NCBI GenBank assembly: GCA_000004985.1
Contig: GG739083.1
Direction: 5' to 3' (one strand)
DNA length: 8,177 nucleotides
Source: Naegleria gruberi
Taxonomy: Eukaryota
Below are positions 1 through 8,177 of the stretch, in pieces (position 1 is the stretch's first letter; every line of letters begins with the position of its first letter). A program made the position numbers and the translations under genes. The notes below the pieces were generated by a model that ran no database searches, was not told the origin of the DNA, and saw only the letters and a list, made by a program, of their open reading frames with translations.

Positions 1-366
1 ACCCAAACCCAAACCCAAACCCAAACCCAAACCCAAACCCAAACCCAAACCCAAACCCAAACCCAAACCCAAACCCAAACCCAAACCCAAACCCAAACCC
101 AAACCCAAACCCAAACCCAAACCCAAACCCAAACCCAAACCCAAACCCAAACCCAAACCCAAACCCAAACCCAAACCCAAACCCAAACCCAACCCAAACC
201 CAAACCCAAACCCAAACCCAAACCCAAACCCAAACCCAAACCCAAACCCAAACCCAAACCCAAACCCAAACCCAAACCCAAACCCAAACCCAAACCCAAA
301 CCCAAACCCAAACCCAAACCCAAACCCAAACCCAAACCCAAACCCAAACCCAAACCCAAACCAAAA
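1..366. repeat. Terminal telomeric array (CCCAAA)n on the + strand (G-strand TTTGGG), about 60 units. One 5-bp variant unit CCCAA at 188-192 and a degenerate last unit CCAAAA at 361-366.
   Basis: Direct reading. Perfect 6-bp periodicity from base 2 to 360. The C-rich strand is 5' on the top strand at the window start, which is the expected orientation for a left chromosome end. Confidence 0.9.
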
Positions 367-406
367 CTATTGGCCATTAATAAAATGGTAATGGGTTTTC
401 GCCATA
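367..406. other. 40-bp unique, non-telomeric insert between two telomeric tracts (CTATTGGCCATTAATAAAATGGTAATGGGTTTTCGCCATA).
   Basis: Direct reading. Telomeric hexamers lie on both sides. The insert contains a TGGCCA palindrome, a short inverted repeat CCATTA(374-379)/TAATGG(389-394), and the motif GCCAT(T)A twice. Confidence 0.8.
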
Positions 407-441
407 CCCAAACCCAAACCCAAACCCAAACCCAAACCCAA
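407..441. repeat. Proximal (inner) telomeric block, 5 full CCCAAA units plus CCCAA.
   Basis: Direct reading. Same unit and phase-independent copy of the terminal array. It is followed by unique sequence TCATAGATT... Confidence 0.9.
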
Positions 442-655
442 TCATAGATTATACTCCAAATCACTCAGTTTACATGCAATAAATCAAAAATTTATATCAC
501 ACAATCTAGACACCATTTAAGTATATATAAACAAGTTTAGAAACAATTCATGATAGTTTCATTCAACCAATCGGTTCATGTTCAATGTCAACAGTATTTA
601 TATCCTAGTGAACTCTCTATCTCAATGAAAGTAGGTTCAATCAATATATAACTTT

Positions 656-691
656 ACCATATATATTAAATCACTTTATTAATTATATGGT
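656..691. repeat. Imperfect inverted repeat (ACCATATATATTAA ... TTAATTATATGGT) with a 9-nt spacer. It could form a hairpin.
   Basis: Direct reading. The arms are reverse complements except for a 1-nt indel. Confidence 0.5.
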
Positions 692-1007
692 ATCATTTAC
701 AGTCTGTTAGAATTATATTCAGTATGATAATAATATCATTCTTCCAAAAAGTCAGCTTTCATCACAAAGATCACACTCCATCCCATTCATTTTGCAAAAT
801 ATCATATTAGTGTAAAATATGAATACACTCCTCTTTATGTGGATAACAATCTGGAACAGTTTCATATTCATAGATCAATATCTTAAAGTTGCAACCAATC
901 CATATAATAATTGAACACAATATTTTAACGTAGATAAAATCGATTTACTTTGAAAAGTAATTTTAAAAATTATACGCCAAAATAGAACAGCTTAAATTTA
1001 TTTGTCC

Positions 1008-1040
1008 GAAAACCCAAGAATCTAAACCTAAAAACCTAAA
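1008..1040. repeat. Degenerate interstitial telomere-like repeats (AAACCCAAG AATCTAAACCTAAAAACCTAAAGCTAA).
   Basis: Direct reading. AAACCCAA followed by CCTAAA-like units. C-rich strand orientation is the same as the terminal array. Confidence 0.45.
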
Positions 1041-1044
1041 GCTA

Positions 1045-1058
1045 ATTGAATATTCAAT
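1045..1058. repeat. Perfect 14-bp palindrome ATTGAATATTCAAT.
   Basis: The reverse complement equals the sequence itself. Confidence 0.85.
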
Positions 1059-1065
1059 CTCATAC

Positions 1066-1170
1066 CGGAAAAGATTCTTATTTGCGGAAAAAGATTCGAA
1101 TCTTAGCGAATCTTCAATCAATTTCGAATGGAAACCGAATCTAAGAATCCAATAATATCGAAATCTTTAC
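1066..1170. repeat. Cluster of short degenerate direct and inverted repeats built on CGAATCT / AGATTCG (CGGAAAAGATTC x2, GAATCT x4, TTCGAA x2). It includes the perfect 14-bp palindrome AAGATTCGAATCTT at 1091-1104. It directly abuts the assembly gap.
   Basis: Direct reading. About 8 CpG-containing CGAA motifs within roughly 190 bp of otherwise AT-rich DNA. Confidence 0.6.
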
Positions 1171-1191
1171 CACTTTCCAAATAACAACGCA

Positions 1192-4100
1192 NANNNNNNN
1201 NNNNNNNNNNNNNNNNNNNNNNNNNNNNNNNNNNNNNNNNNNNNNNNNNNNNNNNNNNNNNNNNNNNNNNNNNNNNNNNNNNNNNNNNNNNNNNNNNNNN
1301 NNNNNNNNNNNNNNNNNNNNNNNNNNNNNNNNNNNNNNNNNNNNNNNNNNNNNNNNNNNNNNNNNNNNNNNNNNNNNNNNNNNNNNNNNNNNNNNNNNNN
1401 NNNNNNNNNNNNNNNNNNNNNNNNNNNNNNNNNNNNNNNNNNNNNNNNNNNNNNNNNNNNNNNNNNNNNNNNNNNNNNNNNNNNNNNNNNNNNNNNNNNN
1501 NNNNNNNNNNNNNNNNNNNNNNNNNNNNNNNNNNNNNNNNNNNNNNNNNNNNNNNNNNNNNNNNNNNNNNNNNNNNNNNNNNNNNNNNNNNNNNNNNNNN
1601 NNNNNNNNNNNNNNNNNNNNNNNNNNNNNNNNNNNNNNNNNNNNNNNNNNNNNNNNNNNNNNNNNNNNNNNNNNNNNNNNNNNNNNNNNNNNNNNNNNNN
1701 NNNNNNNNNNNNNNNNNNNNNNNNNNNNNNNNNNNNNNNNNNNNNNNNNNNNNNNNNNNNNNNNNNNNNNNNNNNNNNNNNNNNNNNNNNNNNNNNNNNN
1801 NNNNNNNNNNNNNNNNNNNNNNNNNNNNNNNNNNNNNNNNNNNNNNNNNNNNNNNNNNNNNNNNNNNNNNNNNNNNNNNNNNNNNNNNNNNNNNNNNNNN
1901 NNNNNNNNNNNNNNNNNNNNNNNNNNNNNNNNNNNNNNNNNNNNNNNNNNNNNNNNNNNNNNNNNNNNNNNNNNNNNNNNNNNNNNNNNNNNNNNNNNNN
2001 NNNNNNNNNNNNNNNNNNNNNNNNNNNNNNNNNNNNNNNNNNNNNNNNNNNNNNNNNNNNNNNNNNNNNNNNNNNNNNNNNNNNNNNNNNNNNNNNNNNN
2101 NNNNNNNNNNNNNNNNNNNNNNNNNNNNNNNNNNNNNNNNNNNNNNNNNNNNNNNNNNNNNNNNNNNNNNNNNNNNNNNNNNNNNNNNNNNNNNNNNNNN
2201 NNNNNNNNNNNNNNNNNNNNNNNNNNNNNNNNNNNNNNNNNNNNNNNNNNNNNNNNNNNNNNNNNNNNNNNNNNNNNNNNNNNNNNNNNNNNNNNNNNNN
2301 NNNNNNNNNNNNNNNNNNNNNNNNNNNNNNNNNNNNNNNNNNNNNNNNNNNNNNNNNNNNNNNNNNNNNNNNNNNNNNNNNNNNNNNNNNNNNNNNNNNN
2401 NNNNNNNNNNNNNNNNNNNNNNNNNNNNNNNNNNNNNNNNNNNNNNNNNNNNNNNNNNNNNNNNNNNNNNNNNNNNNNNNNNNNNNNNNNNNNNNNNNNN
2501 NNNNNNNNNNNNNNNNNNNNNNNNNNNNNNNNNNNNNNNNNNNNNNNNNNNNNNNNNNNNNNNNNNNNNNNNNNNNNNNNNNNNNNNNNNNNNNNNNNNN
2601 NNNNNNNNNNNNNNNNNNNNNNNNNNNNNNNNNNNNNNNNNNNNNNNNNNNNNNNNNNNNNNNNNNNNNNNNNNNNNNNNNNNNNNNNNNNNNNNNNNNN
2701 NNNNNNNNNNNNNNNNNNNNNNNNNNNNNNNNNNNNNNNNNNNNNNNNNNNNNNNNNNNNNNNNNNNNNNNNNNNNNNNNNNNNNNNNNNNNNNNNNNNN
2801 NNNNNNNNNNNNNNNNNNNNNNNNNNNNNNNNNNNNNNNNNNNNNNNNNNNNNNNNNNNNNNNNNNNNNNNNNNNNNNNNNNNNNNNNNNNNNNNNNNNN
2901 NNNNNNNNNNNNNNNNNNNNNNNNNNNNNNNNNNNNNNNNNNNNNNNNNNNNNNNNNNNNNNNNNNNNNNNNNNNNNNNNNNNNNNNNNNNNNNNNNNNN
3001 NNNNNNNNNNNNNNNNNNNNNNNNNNNNNNNNNNNNNNNNNNNNNNNNNNNNNNNNNNNNNNNNNNNNNNNNNNNNNNNNNNNNNNNNNNNNNNNNNNNN
3101 NNNNNNNNNNNNNNNNNNNNNNNNNNNNNNNNNNNNNNNNNNNNNNNNNNNNNNNNNNNNNNNNNNNNNNNNNNNNNNNNNNNNNNNNNNNNNNNNNNNN
3201 NNNNNNNNNNNNNNNNNNNNNNNNNNNNNNNNNNNNNNNNNNNNNNNNNNNNNNNNNNNNNNNNNNNNNNNNNNNNNNNNNNNNNNNNNNNNNNNNNNNN
3301 NNNNNNNNNNNNNNNNNNNNNNNNNNNNNNNNNNNNNNNNNNNNNNNNNNNNNNNNNNNNNNNNNNNNNNNNNNNNNNNNNNNNNNNNNNNNNNNNNNNN
3401 NNNNNNNNNNNNNNNNNNNNNNNNNNNNNNNNNNNNNNNNNNNNNNNNNNNNNNNNNNNNNNNNNNNNNNNNNNNNNNNNNNNNNNNNNNNNNNNNNNNN
3501 NNNNNNNNNNNNNNNNNNNNNNNNNNNNNNNNNNNNNNNNNNNNNNNNNNNNNNNNNNNNNNNNNNNNNNNNNNNNNNNNNNNNNNNNNNNNNNNNNNNN
3601 NNNNNNNNNNNNNNNNNNNNNNNNNNNNNNNNNNNNNNNNNNNNNNNNNNNNNNNNNNNNNNNNNNNNNNNNNNNNNNNNNNNNNNNNNNNNNNNNNNNN
3701 NNNNNNNNNNNNNNNNNNNNNNNNNNNNNNNNNNNNNNNNNNNNNNNNNNNNNNNNNNNNNNNNNNNNNNNNNNNNNNNNNNNNNNNNNNNNNNNNNNNN
3801 NNNNNNNNNNNNNNNNNNNNNNNNNNNNNNNNNNNNNNNNNNNNNNNNNNNNNNNNNNNNNNNNNNNNNNNNNNNNNNNNNNNNNNNNNNNNNNNNNNNN
3901 NNNNNNNNNNNNNNNNNNNNNNNNNNNNNNNNNNNNNNNNNNNNNNNNNNNNNNNNNNNNNNNNNNNNNNNNNNNNNNNNNNNNNNNNNNNNNNNNNNNN
4001 NNNNNNNNNNNNNNNNNNNNNNNNNNNNNNNNNNNNNNNNNNNNNNNNNNNNNNNNNNNNNNNNNNNNNNNNNNNNNNNNNNNNNNNNNNNNNNNNNNNN

Positions 4101-6359
4101 NNNNNNNNNNNNNNNNNNNNNNNNNNNNNNNNNNNNNNNNNNNNNNNNNNNNNNNNNNNNNNNNNNNNNNNNNNNNNNNNNNNNNNNNNNNNNNNNNNNN
4201 NNNNNNNNNNNNNNNNNNNNNNNNNNNNNNNNNNNNNNNNNNNNNNNNNNNNNNNNNNNNNNNNNNNNNNNNNNNNNNNNNNNNNNNNNNNNNNNNNNNN
4301 NNNNNNNNNNNNNNNNNNNNNNNNNNNNNNNNNNNNNNNNNNNNNNNNNNNNNNNNNNNNNNNNNNNNNNNNNNNNNNNNNNNNNNNNNNNNNNNNNNNN
4401 NNNNNNNNNNNNNNNNNNNNNNNNNNNNNNNNNNNNNNNNNNNNNNNNNNNNNNNNNNNNNNNNNNNNNNNNNNNNNNNNNNNNNNNNNNNNNNNNNNNN
4501 NNNNNNNNNNNNNNNNNNNNNNNNNNNNNNNNNNNNNNNNNNNNNNNNNNNNNNNNNNNNNNNNNNNNNNNNNNNNNNNNNNNNNNNNNNNNNNNNNNNN
4601 NNNNNNNNNNNNNNNNNNNNNNNNNNNNNNNNNNNNNNNNNNNNNNNNNNNNNNNNNNNNNNNNNNNNNNNNNNNNNNNNNNNNNNNNNNNNNNNNNNNN
4701 NNNNNNNNNNNNNNNNNNNNNNNNNNNNNNNNNNNNNNNNNNNNNNNNNNNNNNNNNNNNNNNNNNNNNNNNNNNNNNNNNNNNNNNNNNNNNNNNNNNN
4801 NNNNNNNNNNNNNNNNNNNNNNNNNNNNNNNNNNNNNNNNNNNNNNNNNNNNNNNNNNNNNNNNNNNNNNNNNNNNNNNNNNNNNNNNNNNNNNNNNNNN
4901 NNNNNNNNNNNNNNNNNNNNNNNNNNNNNNNNNNNNNNNNNNNNNNNNNNNNNNNNNNNNNNNNNNNNNNNNNNNNNNNNNNNNNNNNNNNNNNNNNNNN
5001 NNNNNNNNNNNNNNNNNNNNNNNNNNNNNNNNNNNNNNNNNNNNNNNNNNNNNNNNNNNNNNNNNNNNNNNNNNNNNNNNNNNNNNNNNNNNNNNNNNNN
5101 NNNNNNNNNNNNNNNNNNNNNNNNNNNNNNNNNNNNNNNNNNNNNNNNNNNNNNNNNNNNNNNNNNNNNNNNNNNNNNNNNNNNNNNNNNNNNNNNNNNN
5201 NNNNNNNNNNNNNNNNNNNNNNNNNNNNNNNNNNNNNNNNNNNNNNNNNNNNNNNNNNNNNNNNNNNNNNNNNNNNNNNNNNNNNNNNNNNNNNNNNNNN
5301 NNNNNNNNNNNNNNNNNNNNNNNNNNNNNNNNNNNNNNNNNNNNNNNNNNNNNNNNNNNNNNNNNNNNNNNNNNNNNNNNNNNNNNNNNNNNNNNNNNNN
5401 NNNNNNNNNNNNNNNNNNNNNNNNNNNNNNNNNNNNNNNNNNNNNNNNNNNNNNNNNNNNNNNNNNNNNNNNNNNNNNNNNNNNNNNNNNNNNNNNNNNN
5501 NNNNNNNNNNNNNNNNNNNNNNNNNNNNNNNNNNNNNNNNNNNNNNNNNNNNNNNNNNNNNNNNNNNNNNNNNNNNNNNNNNNNNNNNNNNNNNNNNNNN
5601 NNNNNNNNNNNNNNNNNNNNNNNNNNNNNNNNNNNNNNNNNNNNNNNNNNNNNNNNNNNNNNNNNNNNNNNNNNNNNNNNNNNNNNNNNNNNNNNNNNNN
5701 NNNNNNNNNNNNNNNNNNNNNNNNNNNNNNNNNNNNNNNNNNNNNNNNNNNNNNNNNNNNNNNNNNNNNNNNNNNNNNNNNNNNNNNNNNNNNNNNNNNN
5801 NNNNNNNNNNNNNNNNNNNNNNNNNNNNNNNNNNNNNNNNNNNNNNNNNNNNNNNNNNNNNNNNNNNNNNNNNNNNNNNNNNNNNNNNNNNNNNNNNNNN
5901 NNNNNNNNNNNNNNNNNNNNNNNNNNNNNNNNNNNNNNNNNNNNNNNNNNNNNNNNNNNNNNNNNNNNNNNNNNNNNNNNNNNNNNNNNNNNNNNNNNNN
6001 NNNNNNNNNNNNNNNNNNNNNNNNNNNNNNNNNNNNNNNNNNNNNNNNNNNNNNNNNNNNNNNNNNNNNNNNNNNNNNNNNNNNNNNNNNNNNNNNNNNN
6101 NNNNNNNNNNNNNNNNNNNNNNNNNNNNNNNNNNNNNNNNNNNNNNNNNNNNNNNNNNNNNNNNNNNNNNNNNNNNNNNNNNNNNNNNNNNNNNNNNNNN
6201 NNNNNNNNNNNNNNNNNNNNNNNNNNNNNNNNNNNNNNNNNNNNNNNNNNNNNNNNNNNNNNNNNNNNNNNNNNNNNNNNNNNNNNNNNNNNNNNNNNNN
6301 NNNNNNNNNNNNNNNNNNNNNNNNNNNNNNNNNNNNNNNNNNNNNNNNNNNNNNNNNNN
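1192..6359. other. Assembly gap (run of N, with one called base at 1193). The true sequence and length are unknown.
   Basis: Direct reading of the N run. Confidence 0.99.
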
Positions 6360-7082
6360 TTGGAAGAGAGATGAAGGTTGTCTGATCCAACAATAATCAT
6401 GTTTCCAATAGCATGTTGAGAGGGTTCCATTATTTTTACAATTCTTCATTGCATTCAAACATTCTGCAATCTTATCTTGATATAAACTTTCAGTAGATTC
6501 TGAAATGTTGCTTGTCGTTGAATATTGGATTTCGTATGGTGCCAAAACTTGAATTCTAAAATCACTCATTTCTAATAACCTCCCCAATGCGAAATTCTCT
6601 CTGATTTTCCTCACCATGATAGGTAAATCGAAATCTGTCGTTATCAGAAACTTGATCTGTTTGTTATCCACAAATGGATTTCCAATCATACAATCCGTAA
6701 GCATCAAAGTGACATACGAAAGTTTTCTAATATTCAAACTGTTCATAAGCATGGCATGTTCAACACTCCTTTTGAATTCATCCTTTTCTGGAGTGTCTTC
6801 CTCTAAGAGTGATGAATAGACATGTACATCTGTTGTAGGTCCTATTTGATTGATGACGTTCCAACTTGACTCATCTTGACTAGCTGTCTGATTGAATGTG
6901 ATGAGAATGATCGAAGAGTTGGATCCAAATACTTGCAAACTTTCTGTTGTGGAGCTTTTCTGAATAAACACATTCAATGTTGATGAAGTTATGGAAGAGA
7001 GTGTTGAACAAGTGTCAACAAGTAAGAATCCACACCAACAAACCACAAAGAAAGAGAAGAGGAGAGGTGTCGTTGCTACCAT
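6360..7082 (-). CDS. 5' portion (241 codons) of a gene for a secreted or type-I membrane protein. It is 3'-truncated by the assembly gap. The N-terminal signal peptide is MVATTPLLFSFFVVCWCGFLLV. The mature part has N-x-S/T sites (NSS, NQT, NIS, NGT) and conserved-looking Cys (CYWKHDYC). It may be an extracellular ligand-binding (periplasmic-binding-protein type I / ANF-receptor-like) domain, but this is unverified.
   Basis: Reverse-complement ATG at 7082-7080 in an A-rich Kozak-like context (AAAAAATGG). The ORF is open in the standard code all the way to the gap. A hydrophobic h-region follows immediately after Met. The coding region is visibly less AT-rich than the flanks and has many C-ending codons. 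The ORF-track start at 7151 is a TTG alternative start upstream of this ATG. The proposed fold is by-eye pattern similarity only. Confidence 0.6.
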
Positions 7083-7300
7083 TTTTTTGTTCTTGTGATC
7101 ACGTTTCTCATTCCAAGTGCCACCTGTCAATACAGATATTTTCCTTTCCAAAAATGACTTTACAAATGTGCACCTAACTCCTACTCAGGAACATTGATAA
7201 CCACTAGAGTAAGGTCGTTAAGTATGACAGAATCCTTATCTTCTAAGAGAAATATTTCATCGCTCCCTCACATTAGCATCACTGCTATATAATACATCTT
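7083..7300 (-). promoter_or_regulatory. Putative 5' UTR / core promoter of the signal-peptide gene. A TATA-like element (TATTATATAG on the minus strand, + coordinates ~7273-7287) lies about 200 bp upstream of the ATG.
   Basis: Position relative to the ATG and the TATA-like motif only. No transcript evidence. Confidence 0.25.
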
Positions 7301-7887
7301 CTTCTAATTCATCTAATACTAGTATTACAAGCTCTCCAGAATTAACGCCAAATTTCGTTTGTGGAAATAGGCCAAGAAAATCAACTCATTTAGTACCATC
7401 ACTTCAACGAATTCTACAAGTGGACTTCCTGTCATCTGATCCCTCCGTCTAATTCTATACCCCTCTTCCTTATATATGAGCGGTTCAATTTATTCAAAGA
7501 TCATTGAAGTGACCTCTCCTAGCTTTTGTTCTCCCTATGTTTATTCCTGTGTAATACGTATTCAAAGGAGAAACAGGATAAGTACATTAGCAATGAAAAG
7601 ACTCACCTAATTGCCAACATTTCACTTGAAGCAAGAAATCCATTACATGGCATTATTGGTTGGTTCTACGATCTTAGTAATGTGTGGTAAGCAAAGTGTG
7701 AAAAATATTAGAGAGTATGAAAAAACCAACAATAAGAAAAGTACACCAATAATATCTCACTGCAAATAATTGGGAAACAGCTGATATGTTAAAAGAAGCT
7801 AGTTTCGATTCAGTTAATTAAAAGCCAATTCTAATTGACAAGGTGAGAGAGGAAATTGAAAAGGCTCTGAAATCATCCAATAAAATA

Positions 7888-8177
7888 TTATAATTCATTC
7901 CAAATTTCCCTTGCTGTTTTGCTATCAATGATACGAGTTCGAGCGCCAACTGCACTGCAACAATAAACTGCAGAGATACTAGAAAATTTCAATAATTTTT
8001 TCAAGCTCGAAAGGTCAACAGGAATATCTTTAGCTATGAATTGTTGTAATGTGTAGAGTGTTGCAGCATTGAAGGAATCGCCAGCTCCTGTACCATCTAC
8101 AATTGGTAGTTCATTATTTGAATATGCTTGACAGTAAATGATAGTATAATAATGTTGTACTCCTAGATGGTCTGTAA
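7888..8177 (-). CDS. 3' end (C-terminal ~95 aa) of a pfkB-family carbohydrate kinase (ribokinase/ketohexokinase-like). It is 5'-truncated by the window edge. Translation: ...ELPIVDGTGAGDSFNAATLYTLQQFIAKDIPVDLSSLKKLLKFSSISAVYCCSAVGARTRIIDSKTAREIWNEL*. The TAA stop is the reverse complement of + 7888-7890.
   Basis: My own reverse-complement translation. It contains the pfkB signature-2 motif D-[TG]-x-GAGD-[ST]-F. It is followed by a KHK-like NA[AS]x[LI][FY][ST]L segment and a C-terminal SAV-GA-T region typical of the ribokinase fold. The frame is open from the window edge to a stop at a natural C-terminal position. Confidence 0.8.
   Translation of the reverse strand, partial: TDHLGVQHYYTIIYCQAYSNNELPIVDGTGAGDSFNAATLYTLQQFIAKDIPVDLSSLKKLLKFSSISAVYCCSAVGARTRIIDSKTAREIWNEL

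Larger units (their letters stand above)
442..1191. other. Subtelomeric, very AT-rich non-coding DNA.
   Basis: No ORF of meaningful length on either strand in the supplied track. Homopolymer/AT-rich composition. Lies between the telomere and the gap. Confidence 0.7.

Noticed and set aside
1-441. Possibility that the regular short repeats are a CRISPR array.
   Set aside because: The repeats are contiguous 6-bp units without spacers. This is telomeric or satellite DNA, and the context is eukaryotic.
6616-6819. 67-aa plus-strand ORF.
   Set aside because: It lies entirely antisense within the better-supported minus-strand CDS. It has a low-complexity hydrophobic translation and no start context.
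1118-7151. Three overlapping minus-strand ORFs of 1750-1994 aa in the supplied track.
   Set aside because: They span the N run 1192-6359, which is translated as X and so can never produce a stop. Only 6360-7082 is real coding sequence. The ORF-track start at 7151 is also a TTG alternative start, not ATG. The segments 6361-6430 in the other two frames (MEPSQHAIGNMII..., MLDQTTFISLP) are out-of-frame read-through of the real CDS.
6977-7177. 66-aa plus-strand ORF (MLMKLWKRVLNK...).
   Set aside because: It is antisense to the signal-peptide and 5' UTR region of the minus-strand gene. Its basic/Cys-rich translation is a by-product of complementing a hydrophobic signal-peptide coding region.
7640-7960. 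Possible tRNA (T-loop-like GTTCGAG at about 7937-7943 and GGTTCTACGATC at about 7664-7675).
   Set aside because: No complete cloverleaf could be built. There is no matching acceptor stem or anticodon arm. The first motif lies inside the pfkB CDS.
8120-8150. Possible 3' splice acceptor (tttactgtcaag) inside the pfkB fragment, suggesting an intron upstream of the GAGD exon.
   Set aside because: The frame stays open and reads as plausible pfkB sequence through to the window edge, and the motif is a weak acceptor. This cannot be decided without transcript data.
6360-8177. Ciliate nuclear code (TAA/TAG = Gln), suggested by the Paramecium-like TTTGGG telomere.
   Set aside because: All Gln codons in both genes are CAA/CAG, and both reading frames are free of TAA/TAG over about 335 codons. 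TAA sits exactly at the expected pfkB C-terminus. Codon third positions are not strongly A/T-biased. The standard code is more parsimonious, though not proven.

Overview
This window looks like the left end of a eukaryotic chromosome or scaffold. It opens with about 60 tandem copies of the hexamer CCCAAA (G-strand TTTGGG). That array is broken by a 40-bp unique insert and followed by a second, short CCCAAA block. Next comes about 750 bp of very AT-rich non-coding subtelomeric DNA. Its last ~190 bp hold degenerate telomere-like repeats, a CGAATCT/AGATTCG motif cluster and two perfect 14-bp palindromes. A 5.2-kb assembly gap (N run 1192-6359) follows. To the right of the gap are two genes, both on the minus strand, transcribed toward the telomere. 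The first (6360-7082) is the 5' part of a gene for a protein with a classical N-terminal signal peptide, truncated by the gap. It may be an extracellular ligand-binding/receptor-type domain, but I could not confirm that. The second (7888-8177) is the 3' end of a pfkB-family carbohydrate kinase with the GAGD signature and a KHK/ribokinase-like C-terminus, ending in TAA. An ~800-bp intergenic region lies between them. The three giant ORFs in the supplied track (1118..6430, 1141..6393, 1167..7151) are artifacts of translating N as X. Codon usage points to a standard-code organism, not a Paramecium/Tetrahymena-type ciliate, even though the telomere repeat is of the ciliate (G3T3) type. There are no prokaryotic defence or mobile-element signatures, and I found nothing supporting a novel system. 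The most notable structural observations are the split telomere and the motif/palindrome cluster at the gap edge.
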